The position numbers and the translations under genes were made by a program. Below are positions 49,636-64,000 of a stretch of DNA of 64,000 nt, piece after piece. The stretch is from the NCBI GenBank assembly GCA_964035545.1, contig OZ037765.1, positions 35,116,080 through 35,180,079 of the forward strand, read 5' to 3'. Source of the stretch: Bugula neritina (lineage: Eukaryota; Animalia; Bryozoa). How positions within the stretch are numbered: position 1 is the first letter of the stretch; each line of letters opens with the position of its first letter. The notes beneath the pieces are model-generated. The model was not told the origin of the DNA. It saw only the letters and a program-made list of their open reading frames with translations, and did not search any database.

Positions 49636-50542
49636 GCTGATGACTCAGATCCATAGAGGAGACGTCATTCTCGGACACTTGCTAAATGCATGACTCATCA
49701 CTCAGCGCCATATTCTCAAGTGACTCATATTTCCACTGAGTAACTCATGACTGACTCCATCTCTAAATACCTCTGAAATCAGGCATTGAATTAGTACATT
49801 ACATAATGATCACCAATTAGTAACAAGCAATCAACTGCGTCTTAATAATGTTCTTTTTACGTTGAAGGATATTTATTTGATATGGACATGTTTTACCATA
49901 AATATAAAAGGTAAATTGTACTCTTCATGTAAAATATACTGATGCTTCACTCTGCTCTCTGGTTGACTTGCAGTTATTTCATTGTTAGTTATGTTCTAGA
50001 TTATTCTTGGGATATAAACATTATATTCAAGGTGAGAAGTACCCATAATGCAGTTGAGATGTACTTCCTTCCACAGCTGGTGATGAGACTTAGTAACATG
50101 AGTCAGTTTACTTGAGGTGATGGTATAGCCTTGCAGTTGTGTTGAAACTTTGTGAAGTTGTAGGAGTTATGTTATCATTTGAATGCCTAAACGCCCTAAC
50201 GCTTAATGTGCAACTATTTGGAATTTTGTTGAGTTTGTAGATTACACAGTGATATTCTGCAGCTTGTATATTACACAGTGATATTCTGCAGATTACAAAG
50301 ACGTTATTGTTACAATATACACAAAGACATATTTATTTATAAAAGTTCAACACAGAAAATAATATTAGTGACTAGTAATAGCATTTTCTGTGGTAGCTTG
50401 AGCAAAGTATATGATGGTACTCAGGGAAGAAAGAGAGGAAACTTGTACTGTGAGTTGAGTTACTGTTTCAGTTTGAGTCTACTGAGTCTCTGGGGTTCTG
50501 TTCACAGATATTTCTATTTGCAGTCAGTAAAACTTGCCCTAC

Positions 50543-50733
50543 CCTCTGTCTGCCCCCTCTGTCTGCCCCCTCTATCTGCCCCCTCTGTCTGCCCCCTCTA
50601 TCTGCCCCCTCTGTCTGCCCCCTCTATCTGCCCCCTCTGTCTGCCCCCCCTATCTGCCCCCTCTGTCTGCCCCCTCTGTCTGCCCCCTCTATCTGCCCCC
50701 TCTGTCTGCCCCTTCTATCTGCGTCCTCTGTCT
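50543..50733. repeat. 13-bp tandem repeat (CCCCCTCTRTCTG)
   Basis: Direct inspection. Confidence 0.92.
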
Positions 50734-51038
50734 GATCTCTCTTCTCCTCTTCTGAGTTTATCTGCTCGTAAATAGTAAAGTAGTAATGAGAGTTTTCTCC
50801 TCGTGACATATTGAACAATTGGCTATGGAGATGCATTTAAGTGAATATCTAAAAACACTGAGGGAGAGTGAATGCTAATCGGAGCAAACCTCTTGCCCTA
50901 ACTGTAGAGCAAAATTCTTATTCAAAGTCCCACCAGGTTTTATGTTAAGTAATTCTGCAAACTGTTCTGGTGTATTTAAAATTGTTATTTGATCATGAAG
51001 TTTAGCAAGCCACTAGATTAGTTGTTAGTAGCTCCAAT

Positions 51039-54000
51039 TTATATCTTTCTTACTTTCTCCAGCTCAAACAAGAAGACTACTCTCTGATGAGCCACTTCTG
51101 CTTTCTTCATTCTCTTCTGTTCCAACTGCTCGTTCTGTCTCAGCGCTTTCAGCAACTAGAAGATAAAATAGTTGCAAGTTGTGTTTATTACAACCTGCAA
51201 TAAGATAGTCTCAGGCCCTTGTTCTACTGAAATAAAGTTGAAGGCTAACATAGTGCTGAGGCTAACATCTGAATGCATCAATCAGAGAAGCTATATCAAT
51301 GGTTAGAAAAGGATAGCTTTAGTTAGCTAAACATTCTGCGCAGTCAATGCTTAAATTCCTTCATAAACTAATATATGGCTATTTCTGAAACCTGAATCTA
51401 AGGTCTAGGAGTTTATTTACTAGAGAGTACTGGTCTCTAATTCAGGAGAAGACGATTACAAATCATTTGACTTTAGTTTAAAGATGACATTACGTTACAT
51501 TCGTGATATTAAAACTTATATAAATATAACTTTATAGTGTCAGTGGTAAAAGGGTTTAGAAACCATCGTAATACATGACGTTTGGTGAAACCTCAACATA
51601 CGGAGAAATATTGGACAGAATGACAAGATAGTGACATCTATGTGACATCTGCGTGACGTGTGCGTGACATCTGCATGACGTGTGCGTGACGTCTGCATGA
51701 CATCTGCGTGACGTGTGCGTGACGTCTGCATGTGACTAACCTTGGCATTCCTCTCTTCAGCCTCAGCGTACAGCGAGTTCATCTTAGCCTTTCTTTCCTC
51801 ACAGTAGGGAGATTTCTTGTCTGCAAGGACGTTGGTGACTGTAGACTGTCTATACTCCTTCCAGCCGAGTAGGGACGTGTACCTCTGCAGTAGTTCACTG
51901 TCATTAGGGTATCTGCCAGGAACACAGGCTAGTATTATCAACTGATTATAAAACTACACATTAGTGGCTCAGGTAATGGGTAGTACAGCTGTACAAAGTA
52001 CTTGCAGTCACAGACGGGGGGGGGGGGGGGGGGGGGGACTTTAAAAATAATATATTGAATTATTAACAAATGTTTCACAAACATATTCTTAGAGCAAATA
52101 TAACTGTAGAGTTACTGTTTATATTACATAACTCACTTTTCTGCAGCTGTGATAGTTTTGATGTACTGCAGAGCCTCGAACTTGGCCAGTCTGTAGAAAT
52201 CTGCTCTCTTAATTCTCAGCATCTTAGCCCCAGAACTTACCAGAATTAGGGAACTCTGAGGGAGGTTAGGGTCAGCCCCCCACAGTATTGAGTGCAGGTC
52301 CTACAGGTTATGTTTTGACATTACAAAACACACGAGTGATTAGTGAGCTATTAAAGCTTTTCTTCTATAGTCAGATATTTCTTACTTCAACAGGTTTACA
52401 GCCCAAACAACTCACAAAGACAATAAATGCATCATGGTGGTCAATTATAAACAGTAAACAATGTTGCATTCAGGTATTATTTTTAAAGACGCAAATAGAA
52501 ATCTAGATGGAGGAGACAACCCTAAAAACACGTGAAAAAGTCGTCTTACAAAGACATCTTGTTGATGGACCTCAGCGACTTGTACAAACACGACGTCTTC
52601 TCCCCTCTTCTGGGCGTTTCCTCTGGCGTGACGCATGAGGTAGGAGAGAGTTCTGAGTCCGCTGACGAGGTTGCTGCTTTCCTCGTTCTGGTCTCTCGTC
52701 TGCTGCTTGATCTCTTCCACCTATACAACATAAAAGGGGTCTAGCTACTGGAGATGTCATTGTGTTGCTGCGACTGAGCAGAGAGAGTGGATAGCATAGA
52801 AGGCTTGCTAATGGTAATCAGAAAATATAGAAAGATTTTTGTATCTTTCAAAGTAAAATTCCATGTCATGGTGTAAAAGAAAGTCAAACTGTTGACACTT
52901 ATAACCACTTTCATTAATTTTTTGTCACATAATATAGTTTGCTTCCTTAATTTTAATGAATTGATTCTTGTGTAAAAAATTGAAGTATTTCATAAATGAA
53001 GTAAATTTACAACAATTAACTGAGTATTAGCAAAGCACACAAAAGGTCTAAACTAATACAACATCTGCAGAAATGTGGTACTGAATACACTATAAATTGG
53101 GTTGCTTTTATGAACACAAATCAGATGAAAGCTATAACTAATTTTTCTATAATAAATTAGTTGCTAATACAATTAGCCTGAGCTAGATGAAAACATAATC
53201 ATATGACAGTAAGTCTATAGTACTAGTAAAGGTGATGCCATAGAAACTGTTAGAGCTAAGGCTATGGCTGTTACAGGATGTGCTGTATATACTTTACCTT
53301 GGCGTAGAAATTCATGTCATCTCTACCTGTCTACATATACGTTGTACATAATATATATTACATAATATATGTTGTATATAATATATATTGTTTAAAATAT
53401 ACTATATATTTAGAGACTAGACAGTGTATAGTGTTTGAAGACATGGGATCTAATTTAGATAAACAGGAGTAGACAATTGTCACCAACTACCCACCAACTA
53501 CCCACCAGTTAACCACCAGTTACCCACCAGTTACCCACCAGCTACCCACCAGCTACCCACCAGTTACCCACCAGTTACCCACCAGTTACCCACCAACTAC
53601 CCACCAGTTACCCACCAGTCACCCACCAGTTAGCCACCAGTTACCCACCAGTTACCCACCAGTTACCCACCAGCTACCCACCAGTTACCCACCAGTTACC
53701 CATCAGTTACCCACCAGCTACCCACCAGTTACCCACCAGTTACCCACCAGTTACCCACCAACTACCCACCAGTCACCCACCAGTTACCCACCAGTTAGCC
53801 ACCAGTTACCCACCAGTTACCCACCAGCTACCCACCAGTTACCCACCAGTTACCCACCAGTTACCCACCAACTACCCACCAGTCACCCACCAGTTACCCA
53901 CCAGCTACCCACCAGTTACCCACCAGCTACCCACCAGTTACCCACCAGTTACCCACCAACAGAATAACAGCATATGCCTGTGTTACCTGTTGGTGAACTC

Positions 54001-57000
54001 TGAACCACTCAACTGCCATGGAGTTTAACATCTGAACTTTGTTTAAATCTTCCTTTTTCTGTTCACAGTCTGTGTTTGTGTCAGATCTGCTAGCTTTAGT
54101 ATCTACACAATAGAGTACATGTAAATAATAGTATATAGTTTATTTTTATATGCGGAGTTTTGTAGTCTTACTGTCGGCTGTCCATGAATTACTTGTGCAA
54201 AGTTTACCCGACGAGAATTTATTGGTATAGCAGTTACCTGCGTGACGATTAGACTTGGAAATCTCTCTGGTGATGTTTGAGAAGAGGTCGTAACTCCCAT
54301 CTGATGATTCTTCACACTCAGGAGTTAGCTTCTCTTTTAATGCTAAACCTTTCATAATTCTACACTTTCCCTACAAGTGGCATTGTATTATATCTAATGT
54401 GTATTATGTAATGTGTATTATATATACTGTGTATTATGTAATGTGTAGTAGCATGTAATGTGTAGTAGCATGTAATGGAGGTATTGCCACATTACTACCT
54501 TCTATTGTATTATATTATTTTCTAATTTCTTCAATGAAGGAAATATTTGACTGCATTATAAGCAGTGACCAATCACAAACCTGCATACAGATGTACATCC
54601 AATCATCTACCTTGCTGTCAGCTACTATAACCTGATCATTCTTATAGTGTTTGATCTGTCCGTTGAAGCATATGGACTGCAGACTGCTCTCTCCCCACAG
54701 GTTGCACACAAATATCGGCAATTCTCTAAATATAGTAAATCAATAATGCAAATTAATTGCTAGCAAGTTTAAGCAACAGAAAAAATATTTACAGATATTG
54801 ATTGTTGAAGCTTACGAGTGTTGGTTTATGTTAGACAAACATGTTACCTGATAAAGTTCAACTTCTCCTGCATTTCCTTCTCAAATATGGCCGGACATAC
54901 TTCTGCAAACACTTCGCTGTCGACTGTCAGCAGTTCACAGTCCTCTCGGCAGGTTATGGTAGCTGTCCTGGCAGTGTTCCTCAACAGAGCCAATTCCTGG
55001 TAAATATTGTAATAAGACGGAGGAGGTAACTCCTAGTAAATGTTGTTTTATAAAGATAGAGTAGAGGTAAATATCTGACATATTTGATTTTATGACAATC
55101 CTTTGTTCATGCCAGTTATTATTATTAAATTAAAAAATTATGAAACTCTACATCTAAACAGGAAAATATACAAAAATCCTCTATGGTTTTAGTGGAATTT
55201 TGTTAACAAAAATTGCCAAAATATTCTACTCTCTTTGCTTAGTCTAAAATAACTTAATATAAAATCAGCAAATTAATTATAATAATGGGAATATTTAATG
55301 TTTTGTAAGAAGCGAAACATGTGACTGTTTTCCCTCACTCTAAAACTACCTTCTCAAATATCGAGCTGACACAAGCAATGTTTCAGCTTCAACCAGCCGA
55401 CAGTAAGTCAGAATAATCCTGTGACCTTTCAGTTAGCTCGTTACTTAGTGCTCTTAGAAGCAATATGAAGATCCCAGATCACAACATCTGTTCATACTTC
55501 AGAGAGAGCTATTACGGGTATACGTATGATTGGGTATAGAATAAGTTCTTCCCTTACTGGCAGACTGATAACTTAGTGGTGCTTTAGTAGCACCGGCCCA
55601 CAGCTTGTTCTGAATAGCACAGGCTAATGTGTAGCAACTAGCTTTATAAGAAATGAGAAAATGAAAGCATAGCGTGTAGATGGAAAAGCCAGAAGCAGAT
55701 GAAACGAGATGAGAAAGAGAAAAAGTTGAGACGACTACTCACTGTGTAAGGTCCCGCTATGTTCTATAAAACATCATTTCATTTTTATTATTTTAGTAGA
55801 AAAAGGGCTTTGCATAGTATAACTTGATGGCTAAAATATATTACACGCAGACAGAATGCTGAGTTTCATTTGCCTGAAGCATACTAAAAGCTGTAAGTTG
55901 TATTAATATTTTATCACTTATTATAACTACTAACTACCATAACTATTAGCAAATAAATACCATGTGGGAAAGTTTTAGTTTGATCAAGAAGTGCCAAATT
56001 GCGCTCAACATTATTCTAATACCGTAAGTGACGCTAAACTTGACCAAAGAATAATCTTGAATGAATCTTCTTTTAAAAGTTTCTACTGACAGTTTTTCTC
56101 AATTGGAATCAAAATAAATTGTTTCAAAACAAACTTGTGTTCGTATTGCTCATGACTAACACAAATGTAGGACGTATTTACCCCAAATGAGTCCCCCCTG
56201 TGGAGGGTAGAGACGGTCTTAGTGAATATCTTGTTCTGCCGGTTTGTGTCCTCTACGTTGACAAAAGCTGATCCGCTGTACAGGAAGTAGAAACACAGGC
56301 CCGGGTGTCCCTTCCTCAGAATTATTCGCTTTGCATCTACACTAGAATCACATGACATTCAGGGCTATTTAGTTTGTCATAAAGTATAAGACTTAGCGGA
56401 CATTTTACAATGATATATTTTCATATATGTATGACTTTTACTAAAGTTAAAATTAGAATTCAAGCTTTGATAATGTTTTGTTAGACTAACACTTTTGAAT
56501 CAGGTGCAAAAAGTCCTAAAGATTTAACTTTATAAGGCAAACAAATATTGTATATTATATAATGTTTCATAAAAGATAAAACCTGTACTAATTTTACTAA
56601 TACAGATTATATTTATTCTTCAGATTTACACAGCTCTGTCTCCACTCACAACTCATATCTCATGGCCTTGCACATTGCCTTCTGTATCTTCTCTGTGAAC
56701 TTTTCAAATGAGCGGAGAGGCCTCAACAAGGTGTACAGTTTGCTGCAGTCACTTTCAGTTCTCCACTCAGGGGGCTTTCTGAGGAGCTTCTCTGCCCAGG
56801 CTGGAACTTTTGCTGATACCTGTAGAGTGTACACAGAGTTACCAGTATAGGCAGAGTTACCTGTAGACATAGTTACCTGCTGACATTGTATCTACTCAGA
56901 AAGCTGGATTTTAATATTATTGAAATTTTATTTCTATACAATCATTCATTAAGCAAATAAATCTATTTTATTGTCAACTCCTTATATGTGCCTGTCTTTT

Positions 57001-58851
57001 ATTTCAAACGACTCAAGATGAAAGAGTTTATATTTGACATTCAATTTCTTGCATACAAAGTAGCTAAACTGACTTATTTACTGGTAATACATCTTACTTA
57101 TCCATTCAGTATACAATATCGTGCTCAATACTTCTGAGTATAGCAATTCAATGAGATATTCATATTATATATCTCTATAGAGATACTATTATAACAACTC
57201 TAGCAACAACACTTTGAGAAAACCCTGTTACTTTAGCCCTCAAACTGACTGTTGCCTTAGCCCGTAGAATGTTACTATATAAGTATATATATATAGCTTA
57301 TTCGAAGCTCACTCACTCTAGTCTTACTAAACTCCTCTTTCTTGAACTGAGTGATGGAAGAGTCTGTGTTTCTGGTGTGCCAGTCTATCTCCATGGCCGT
57401 CATCACCATCCTGTCTCTACTGATGGCAATCATCACTCTCTTCCACCTGATTATCCACATCACTTTCCAGATGGCCTTGCCAAACCTCTTCACCGCCTGC
57501 AACCAATAACTCACATACTTCTCTTCTATAAACATTAGGCAATTTGAAAATGTCTTTCCAGACGTTTCATTGCTTAAGGTATAAGTAAATAACAGCAACA
57601 CACCAATGCCTTCCTTGCCAAAAGCTCCAATTCTTGCCTTTCTCTTTCCTTCAACACCTGGTAATAACTCTCAACTTTCTCTTCAGCTGTCTGTCTGTGC
57701 TTTCTCACAATGTTAGTTCTATCTTCAGAAGTCAGCTTAGCTGAACGTCTGCGGCAGCTTTGCGCTCTCACTTTACTTACAATGTCCACTCTCTCACATG
57801 ACCTGGTGTTAGACGAAAGTTCAATGAATAAGTACGACTTGATCATTATGATTCTTATCAAGTAGCGTATCACTCACTTTAAATACTTTCCAACTCACTC
57901 TGAATACTCAGATCCCCGAATAGAAAAGATTTCTGAAGTGTGTAGACATGAATTAGCTGTCACCGGTCTTCTGCTAAGGATCTTTCTAGAAGCAACAGAA
58001 CCACTACAACTACAGGAAACAGGTTATACAACACCAACGTTATATATATACTCTGCCCTACATCTACTATGTCTATTGAAATATATTATTTACTTCACTA
58101 TATCTGCTATGTCTATTGTGGCGTGCCTTTCAAAGTGAAAGAATGTAAAGTTAGCATTTACTCTGATGTGGTAGAATTGAAAATTTCAGTGAATATGGAA
58201 AGCTGCAGCAGAACTATCTAAGTGAACAAGAATATAAATGTGTTTGAGCACCTACTAAATCTAAACAATTTAATTTAACAAATTAAAACAAGTGGCATAG
58301 AGCTGATGCCTTCTGGGTACAGAAACTACTGCTAGGTCAACCGTGAACAGACAGATCTGGTATAGCAAACTACACCTCAATAGATGAAAACCTCAAAATA
58401 AAATAGTTTGACTATCTAAATAAAATATTATCTTACAGTTTTGAAATAACTTTGTGTAAAAAGTGAAAATATTTTTCCTGCATGTGATTGAAAATGGTCA
58501 CCTTTTGTCATCTTGAGAAAAACTACGCGTGTTTCTTCTGCTAGTTGAAGCTTTCCTGTAAATGTAGTTTTCTCTACCAACACCCTTAACGTCTGCTGGA
58601 CAGGTGTCTGCTGCCTTGACGTCTGCTGCCTTGACGTCTGCACACACTTTGCTGAACTCAGCATCTGCTGTTTTGGGTCTAGACTTGACATGACCCCAGT
58701 TGTGGGCTGCTTTGACTGCTGCCGCTGTGTGAGGTCGAGGCTGACTGTGGGTGCTCATGGCAGCTTGTCGGGTTTTGACCAGTTCCTGTTTTGTGCTGAT
58801 TGTCCAGTGTGAAGGTCTCAACACATTAATATTTGATGAGTCACTTTCCAT
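51039..58851 (-). CDS. Cyclic nucleotide-binding domain-containing protein (CNBD2-like), 14 coding exons
   Basis: Phase-consistent exons 58851-58502, 58003-57899, 57802-57604, 57496-57317, 56819-56650, 56341-56182 (ILRKGH..FYFLYSGS..GDSFG), 54996-54848 (ELALLRNTARTATI; cNMP phosphate-binding cassette), 54725-54581, 54370-54172, 54102-53987, 52720-52550, 52300-52137, 51912-51741, 51155-51039. Confidence 0.88.
53480..53960. repeat. 11-bp tandem repeat (TTACCCACCAG)
   Basis: Direct inspection; begins ~27 nt inside a minus-strand donor. Confidence 0.96.
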
Positions 58852-59711
58852 GCTTCAGAAACTGCAGAGTCAATCATATAAAGTTTTACAATTATAGACC
58901 AATCATATTAGGTTTTACCATTGTACACCAATAATATTAGGTTAATTACAATTGCCAACAAATTAAATTGAGTTTACCATACTAAGCAGACGTACTAAGC
59001 TGAGTTTATAGGAAAATATTTGACAGTGAAAATTGAAAAGCTATTACAATATTATTAATATTGGTGTTACAACCTTACTTGATACGCTCTCGGCAGTATT
59101 TATATTCAACAGGACACAAAGTCATTATCTAAACAAATAAATAGCTCTAATAATAGCAGCCAATTATGTAATTTGTAATTATTTTGCACACTGTACCCTG
59201 CATATAGCGCCAATATATAGAGAAAGGAAAGCAGTATAATAATAATATATTGATTAAGATTGACCACTGTATTCAATTGAGTCAGTAGAATTCACTCTTA
59301 AAATAAGACAATAGGAATTCAGTGGACTTCTAAATGACTTGAGATTCTAAGTTTGTAATAAGGGCTTCTATTGGACAGACTAAACTCTGACAAAACGTGA
59401 TAATCAGAAAGCATTGAAGTCGCCTACATAATATGCATCACTGAGTAGCCTTAAAATACAAAACAATGTTAATAATGATTTTTTGGAAACCAGCGGTTTG
59501 TCTCAAACAGAACTGTCAGCATAACTTGATGGTTTTAAAAGATGCACAAGAAGTTTAATTTTACTCACATAGGCAGTTATTTCCTAGCCTAGATGCTACA
59601 AATATGTATATGCTAGAAGGGGGGGGGGGTACTTCAGCCGCCCATGTAATGCGGAATATATGCCTACCTGATTAAACTTGAGAGCTCATCCCACCACATT
59701 CAACAGAGATG

Positions 59712-59879
59712 TGTCACACTGTAGGTGTCAAATTGTAGGTGTCACACTGTAGGTGTCACACTGTAGATGTCACACTGTAGGTGTTACACTGTAGGTGTTA
59801 CACTGTAGATGTCACACTGTAGGTGTTACACTGTAGGTGTTACACTGTAGATGTTACTCTGTAGATGTTACACTGTAGA
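59712..59879. repeat. ~14-bp tandem repeat (ACACTGTAGGTGTY)
   Basis: Direct inspection. Confidence 0.92.
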
Positions 59880-62800
59880 CTAACAGAAACAACCACTCTA
59901 TTTGTAACCAAAGAGCTGTGTGCAAACACAGTAGCAACACTTGTATGTGCTGTAACCAATCACTAATTCATGATATTAGAGAATTATAGAATGTAAATAC
60001 TATAAGCTGCTGCCTTGTAAAACTAACATGACTAGAGTTGACAGGGTAAACAAGTATTGAGGCAGCATATAGCTATATGTTCACACTGCAGGTGTTAGGG
60101 CAGCTAAGTCATCATATTCTAATAAATACCAGCAACCCTTAACTTTGAAAAAATAAATTTGCGATAAAAATTATTACACCTTAAAAAAATCCTGCATATA
60201 ATTTACAAAAACTGATGTGAACTAATTTCTAACATAGTTGATGATTCACAAGTAATCTTCTCTCTGTAATTTGATTCAATTTCTATTAACTTAAAGTAAA
60301 CACTAATGCAACATAGTACAATAAATTATAGTCTATAAATTTTAATACAATGAAATATAATATATTTTACAATAGGATATCTCACAATAGCATATAATAT
60401 GACATAATAGAATCAAGTATAATTTATTAATACAATAAAATATACTGAAATAATACAATAAAGTATATTATGATATGAAGTAATATTTTAGAATAACATA
60501 TTATATCATTATAATAGATTATAATATATTGTATTATATAATATAACACAATATAATATAATAACACAATAAATTAGTATAACATAACATAATTAAGTCA
60601 CAGCATAATAGAGTACTATATAAGACAATATAATATTAGTGTATCACATGAACCCTGGTAGACAGAAGAATCAACGAACTGGTGTCTTGTAGAGTTATAT
60701 AATCATTTAATATAATATTTCCTAACGTTCCTGGTAAACGTTTCAATCTCGATACGGAAATACAATTACAAAACATAAAAAAACAAATAATGTCATAAAA
60801 GATTAATATGTACAATAACAAAAACAGCTCAAAAACAAATATATGCAAATGTATAACTTGTCAATTATAGAAATAATCAATAGATCACAAGGAGTTGTCA
60901 CCTTTTCCTCCTTTTAGGTGAATTTGTGATAATTTAACAAATATAAAACAATTTCAAACTGAATACTAATTTCTATAATACTGTAAATTTGCTCCTCTCA
61001 TATTTTATTTAATCAAAGCCAGCCATCATAAAGCTATAAAGCTGGCTTTCAAAGAAGATAGCTGTCATTATAGCTATAAGAAAAACTGCCTTTAATGTAA
61101 TTTATGCTTCTATACTGACTGTATAATTATGCTACAAGTATTACACTGTCATAACATAATGTGGTTATACATTATGTTATATCAAAGTATATAAATTATA
61201 ATATAGTATTATATAGTACGTCATATATCTACCACACTCCCCCCTGATATCACCTATTGCACAGTCTTACAGCAGCTTGCTAAACCTCTTGTACTCTTTT
61301 GCTTTCATAAACTTATTTGAACACTTTTCTATGATTCCACTGAATGCCGTGGATACTTATATAGCTGACGTCAGCACAACAGCCGACAGCATATGTTTCA
61401 GCTGCCATAAATACAATTGTTGCACCAGCTTCATGTAGATATACGTAGACAACCCTGTGTAGAGAGATAATGCTTTATTTGGATAAATTGTTTGTTTACA
61501 AGATTAAATACTTTTGCATTTTTATACAATAAGGTAAATATTATACTAACATTTAAATAATTATGCATTTTAAATAAATTAATGTCTTTACTTAATTATC
61601 ATGGAATTGTTGTTAAAATTCCTTTAAACTTTATCAGTTGATTTAGAATCAGTTTAGGGAAGCCTTCAGTTAAGGCTGTACGTATTATTACTGGCAATGA
61701 GCCAACCCTTATATACTCGACTGCAGATCGTGTGTTTATACTGTTGGAGTGATTTGAGGGTTTTAAAGCAAATATGTTTCAATATTGTATCAACTTTTGC
61801 TAGTGAAATATCAAGAATGCTGTAACTTGATTATTTATAATATTTTGACTTCAAAGGTTACCCTGCAATACTCTTGTTTGAAATTCTAACTCAACTTAGC
61901 ATTTTAAGCTCTTTGAACAATCAGCACATTATGCCTACAGTAAGATGCATATACACCACATATATGTGTAAACCTGCTGTTATATATACATAAAATACCT
62001 CCAACATATATGCATATATTAATCTTGTGTTGAATATATGTATAGAAATACTCAGTTCAAATTGCCACAAAATATTATTTATTCTTTCAAGAAACTTTCA
62101 ACAACATACAAAAATAGATTGAACAAAAATAGATTAAATAATGAAGTTATTTTGCTAGCCATCAAAAACAGTTGTGCCAAAGAGCTGTTATCTAAAATAT
62201 TATCACAAACAAAAATACAATATTATGCATCACATATGACAATATACCAAATATATAAAAATATATCATATATTATTATGTATTACAAGATTGTTGAGCA
62301 ATAGTAAAAACATTACTTTAAAATATTTCAGAAGTCATTAAAACCACAATATAAAAATAAAAGTTTGTTTTACAACTCTGGAGATTGCTTTTAGCAGTTG
62401 ATACAAAAGTCATGACTTTCTTTTGACATTTTCAATGACATTTTTTATGGCAATTATTTCAGTTGCTGAAAAATCTATAACAAACTGAAATTTCAAACAC
62501 TTTTGAAAGTAAACCTTGCGTTCACATACCTCCTACTTATAGCCAAAAATAATCTTGTGTGCTATTATTAGATCAGCAATAATAAACCCTGCTAGGGATT
62601 GCAACTCCAAAAAACCAAACCTTGCTTCTTTTTCACCATCATAACAATCAGATTAATAATGTGCCCATCTTGTAAAAAGTTTAAAACTGAGCGGCTGAGA
62701 GAAAGAAGTGTGTAAATCATAAAACAAACTTTATAAGTACGTAGAAACTATATAGAACTAAACTTGTTAGCAGCACTTCGGTGTTGAGTGAGAAATCAGA

Positions 62801-64000
62801 GAGATTATAAAGTGACATAACCTTGACGTGGAGTGGAGCCTATATAGGGTGCACCTTACCACTACAAATAAAAGCAGTAAGATCTCAGGCTTCAGGGGCC
62901 ACTTTGTTTCTGAAACACAATGAGAGGACAATTCATAACGTGACTAAAGAAAGTATAACGATTTATACAGTAGGATTTTATGCTAAACAATTTTTATACC
63001 AATATGAGTAATTCAATTGATGGTTAGTGAAATAAATAATTACAATTTATCTTAAGTTAGTTATTTCATGAAAAAGTGATTCAAAGAGAGTTATTAAATA
63101 GCCATTTTGTTTCTCAGCTAGATACTGAAGCGATAGCCCATGCTAGTATAAACACACAGCAAGCTGATTGGTTGTTAGAGAAAACTTACGTGGTTGGTGG
63201 GCGGTAAGGTAAATCAGTTCCACTACAAAACAAGCGTTAGAGTTAAAAGCAAACCCGAGTTTAGTAGCAAGTAGTGTCATACTTGTAGTTATTATACTAA
63301 CACAACTCGGTGAGACTGAGTTCCCTACAGTTCAACACTTCAACTTGGTAGATACAATAATATTACATAGAGTAAATGATTGGATTGTTAACAGTCTAAC
63401 AGAGCAAGGTATGTTGCTTAGAGTTATGGTGACCCAACAGAAAGCTTCTGGTGAGGAGATAAACTTTGTGTTTCCAGTATTAACATTTACTGTTTATCAT
63501 TTAGTTTTGCTGGTGTGATGTTTACATAAAGTGCAGTTGAAATGATGCTAATAACATGGTCATACAACTCCTGACGAATTAAACCGTAATTCATTGGACG
63601 AGATTAATTAGGTCAAGTACGTTGAACTATTCATATCTAGATGAAAATAGACAGAAGTAGACAGAGAAAAGAAACATTAGAAATGGAAAAGTTGACAAAC
63701 AGTTTAATTATCTCAGAATCAGTGACTGAAGGCTATTGGTACAGATGAAGTTAGCAACACCCAAGTTAGAATAGGATAGAGGTGGATCAATAGAGAGTAT
63801 AAACTGAAGAACTTTAGTAAACTTCTTCAGCAGACTAAGAATCTGAGAGAATAGAACAGATATTGTTCAAACTTGGATATTTATTTTCAGTTAAAGAAGG
63901 TCAAGGTTATGTTTCATTCTTTCTTTGGCTGCTTAGGTTAACGCAGACATTGAAAGTCGGGAAAAATTTTTTCACAGAACTTTTGAAAACTAATTTTGTT

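Noticed and set aside
53298-53326. Possible small exon (RDDMNFYAK|gtaaag) in the CNBD2-like gene
   Set aside because: Needs phase-1 entry but the preceding exon ends in phase 0; the model is complete without it
59000-64000. Scattered minus-strand splice-like sites and short ORFs
   Set aside because: Could not assemble a phase-consistent or recognisable protein; may be 5' UTR exons of the CNBD2-like gene

Overview
AT-rich animal (invertebrate-like) genomic DNA with spliceosomal GT-AG introns; most ORFs in the supplied track are exon fragments or artefacts of tandem repeats. By reading splice sites and checking phase I reconstructed five genes: a voltage-gated Ca2+ channel beta subunit (CACNB, +, with two alternative N-termini and a candidate microexon), an uncharacterised Ser-rich protein (-), a PROSER3-like gene (-) head-to-head with prefoldin subunit 2 (+), and a CNBD2-like cyclic-nucleotide-binding protein (-). 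A 5'-truncated CR1/L2-type LINE (1280-3515) lies at the exact centre of a perfect 118-bp inverted repeat. The dominant unexplained feature is roughly 35-40 homogeneous, mostly locus-specific minisatellites. Many start in, end at, or include exon-intron junctions, giving 9-23 tandem copies of real donor or acceptor sites, and in two arrays each unit is a complete GT...branch...CAG mini-intron. Gene names come from motif recognition only; no database search was run.
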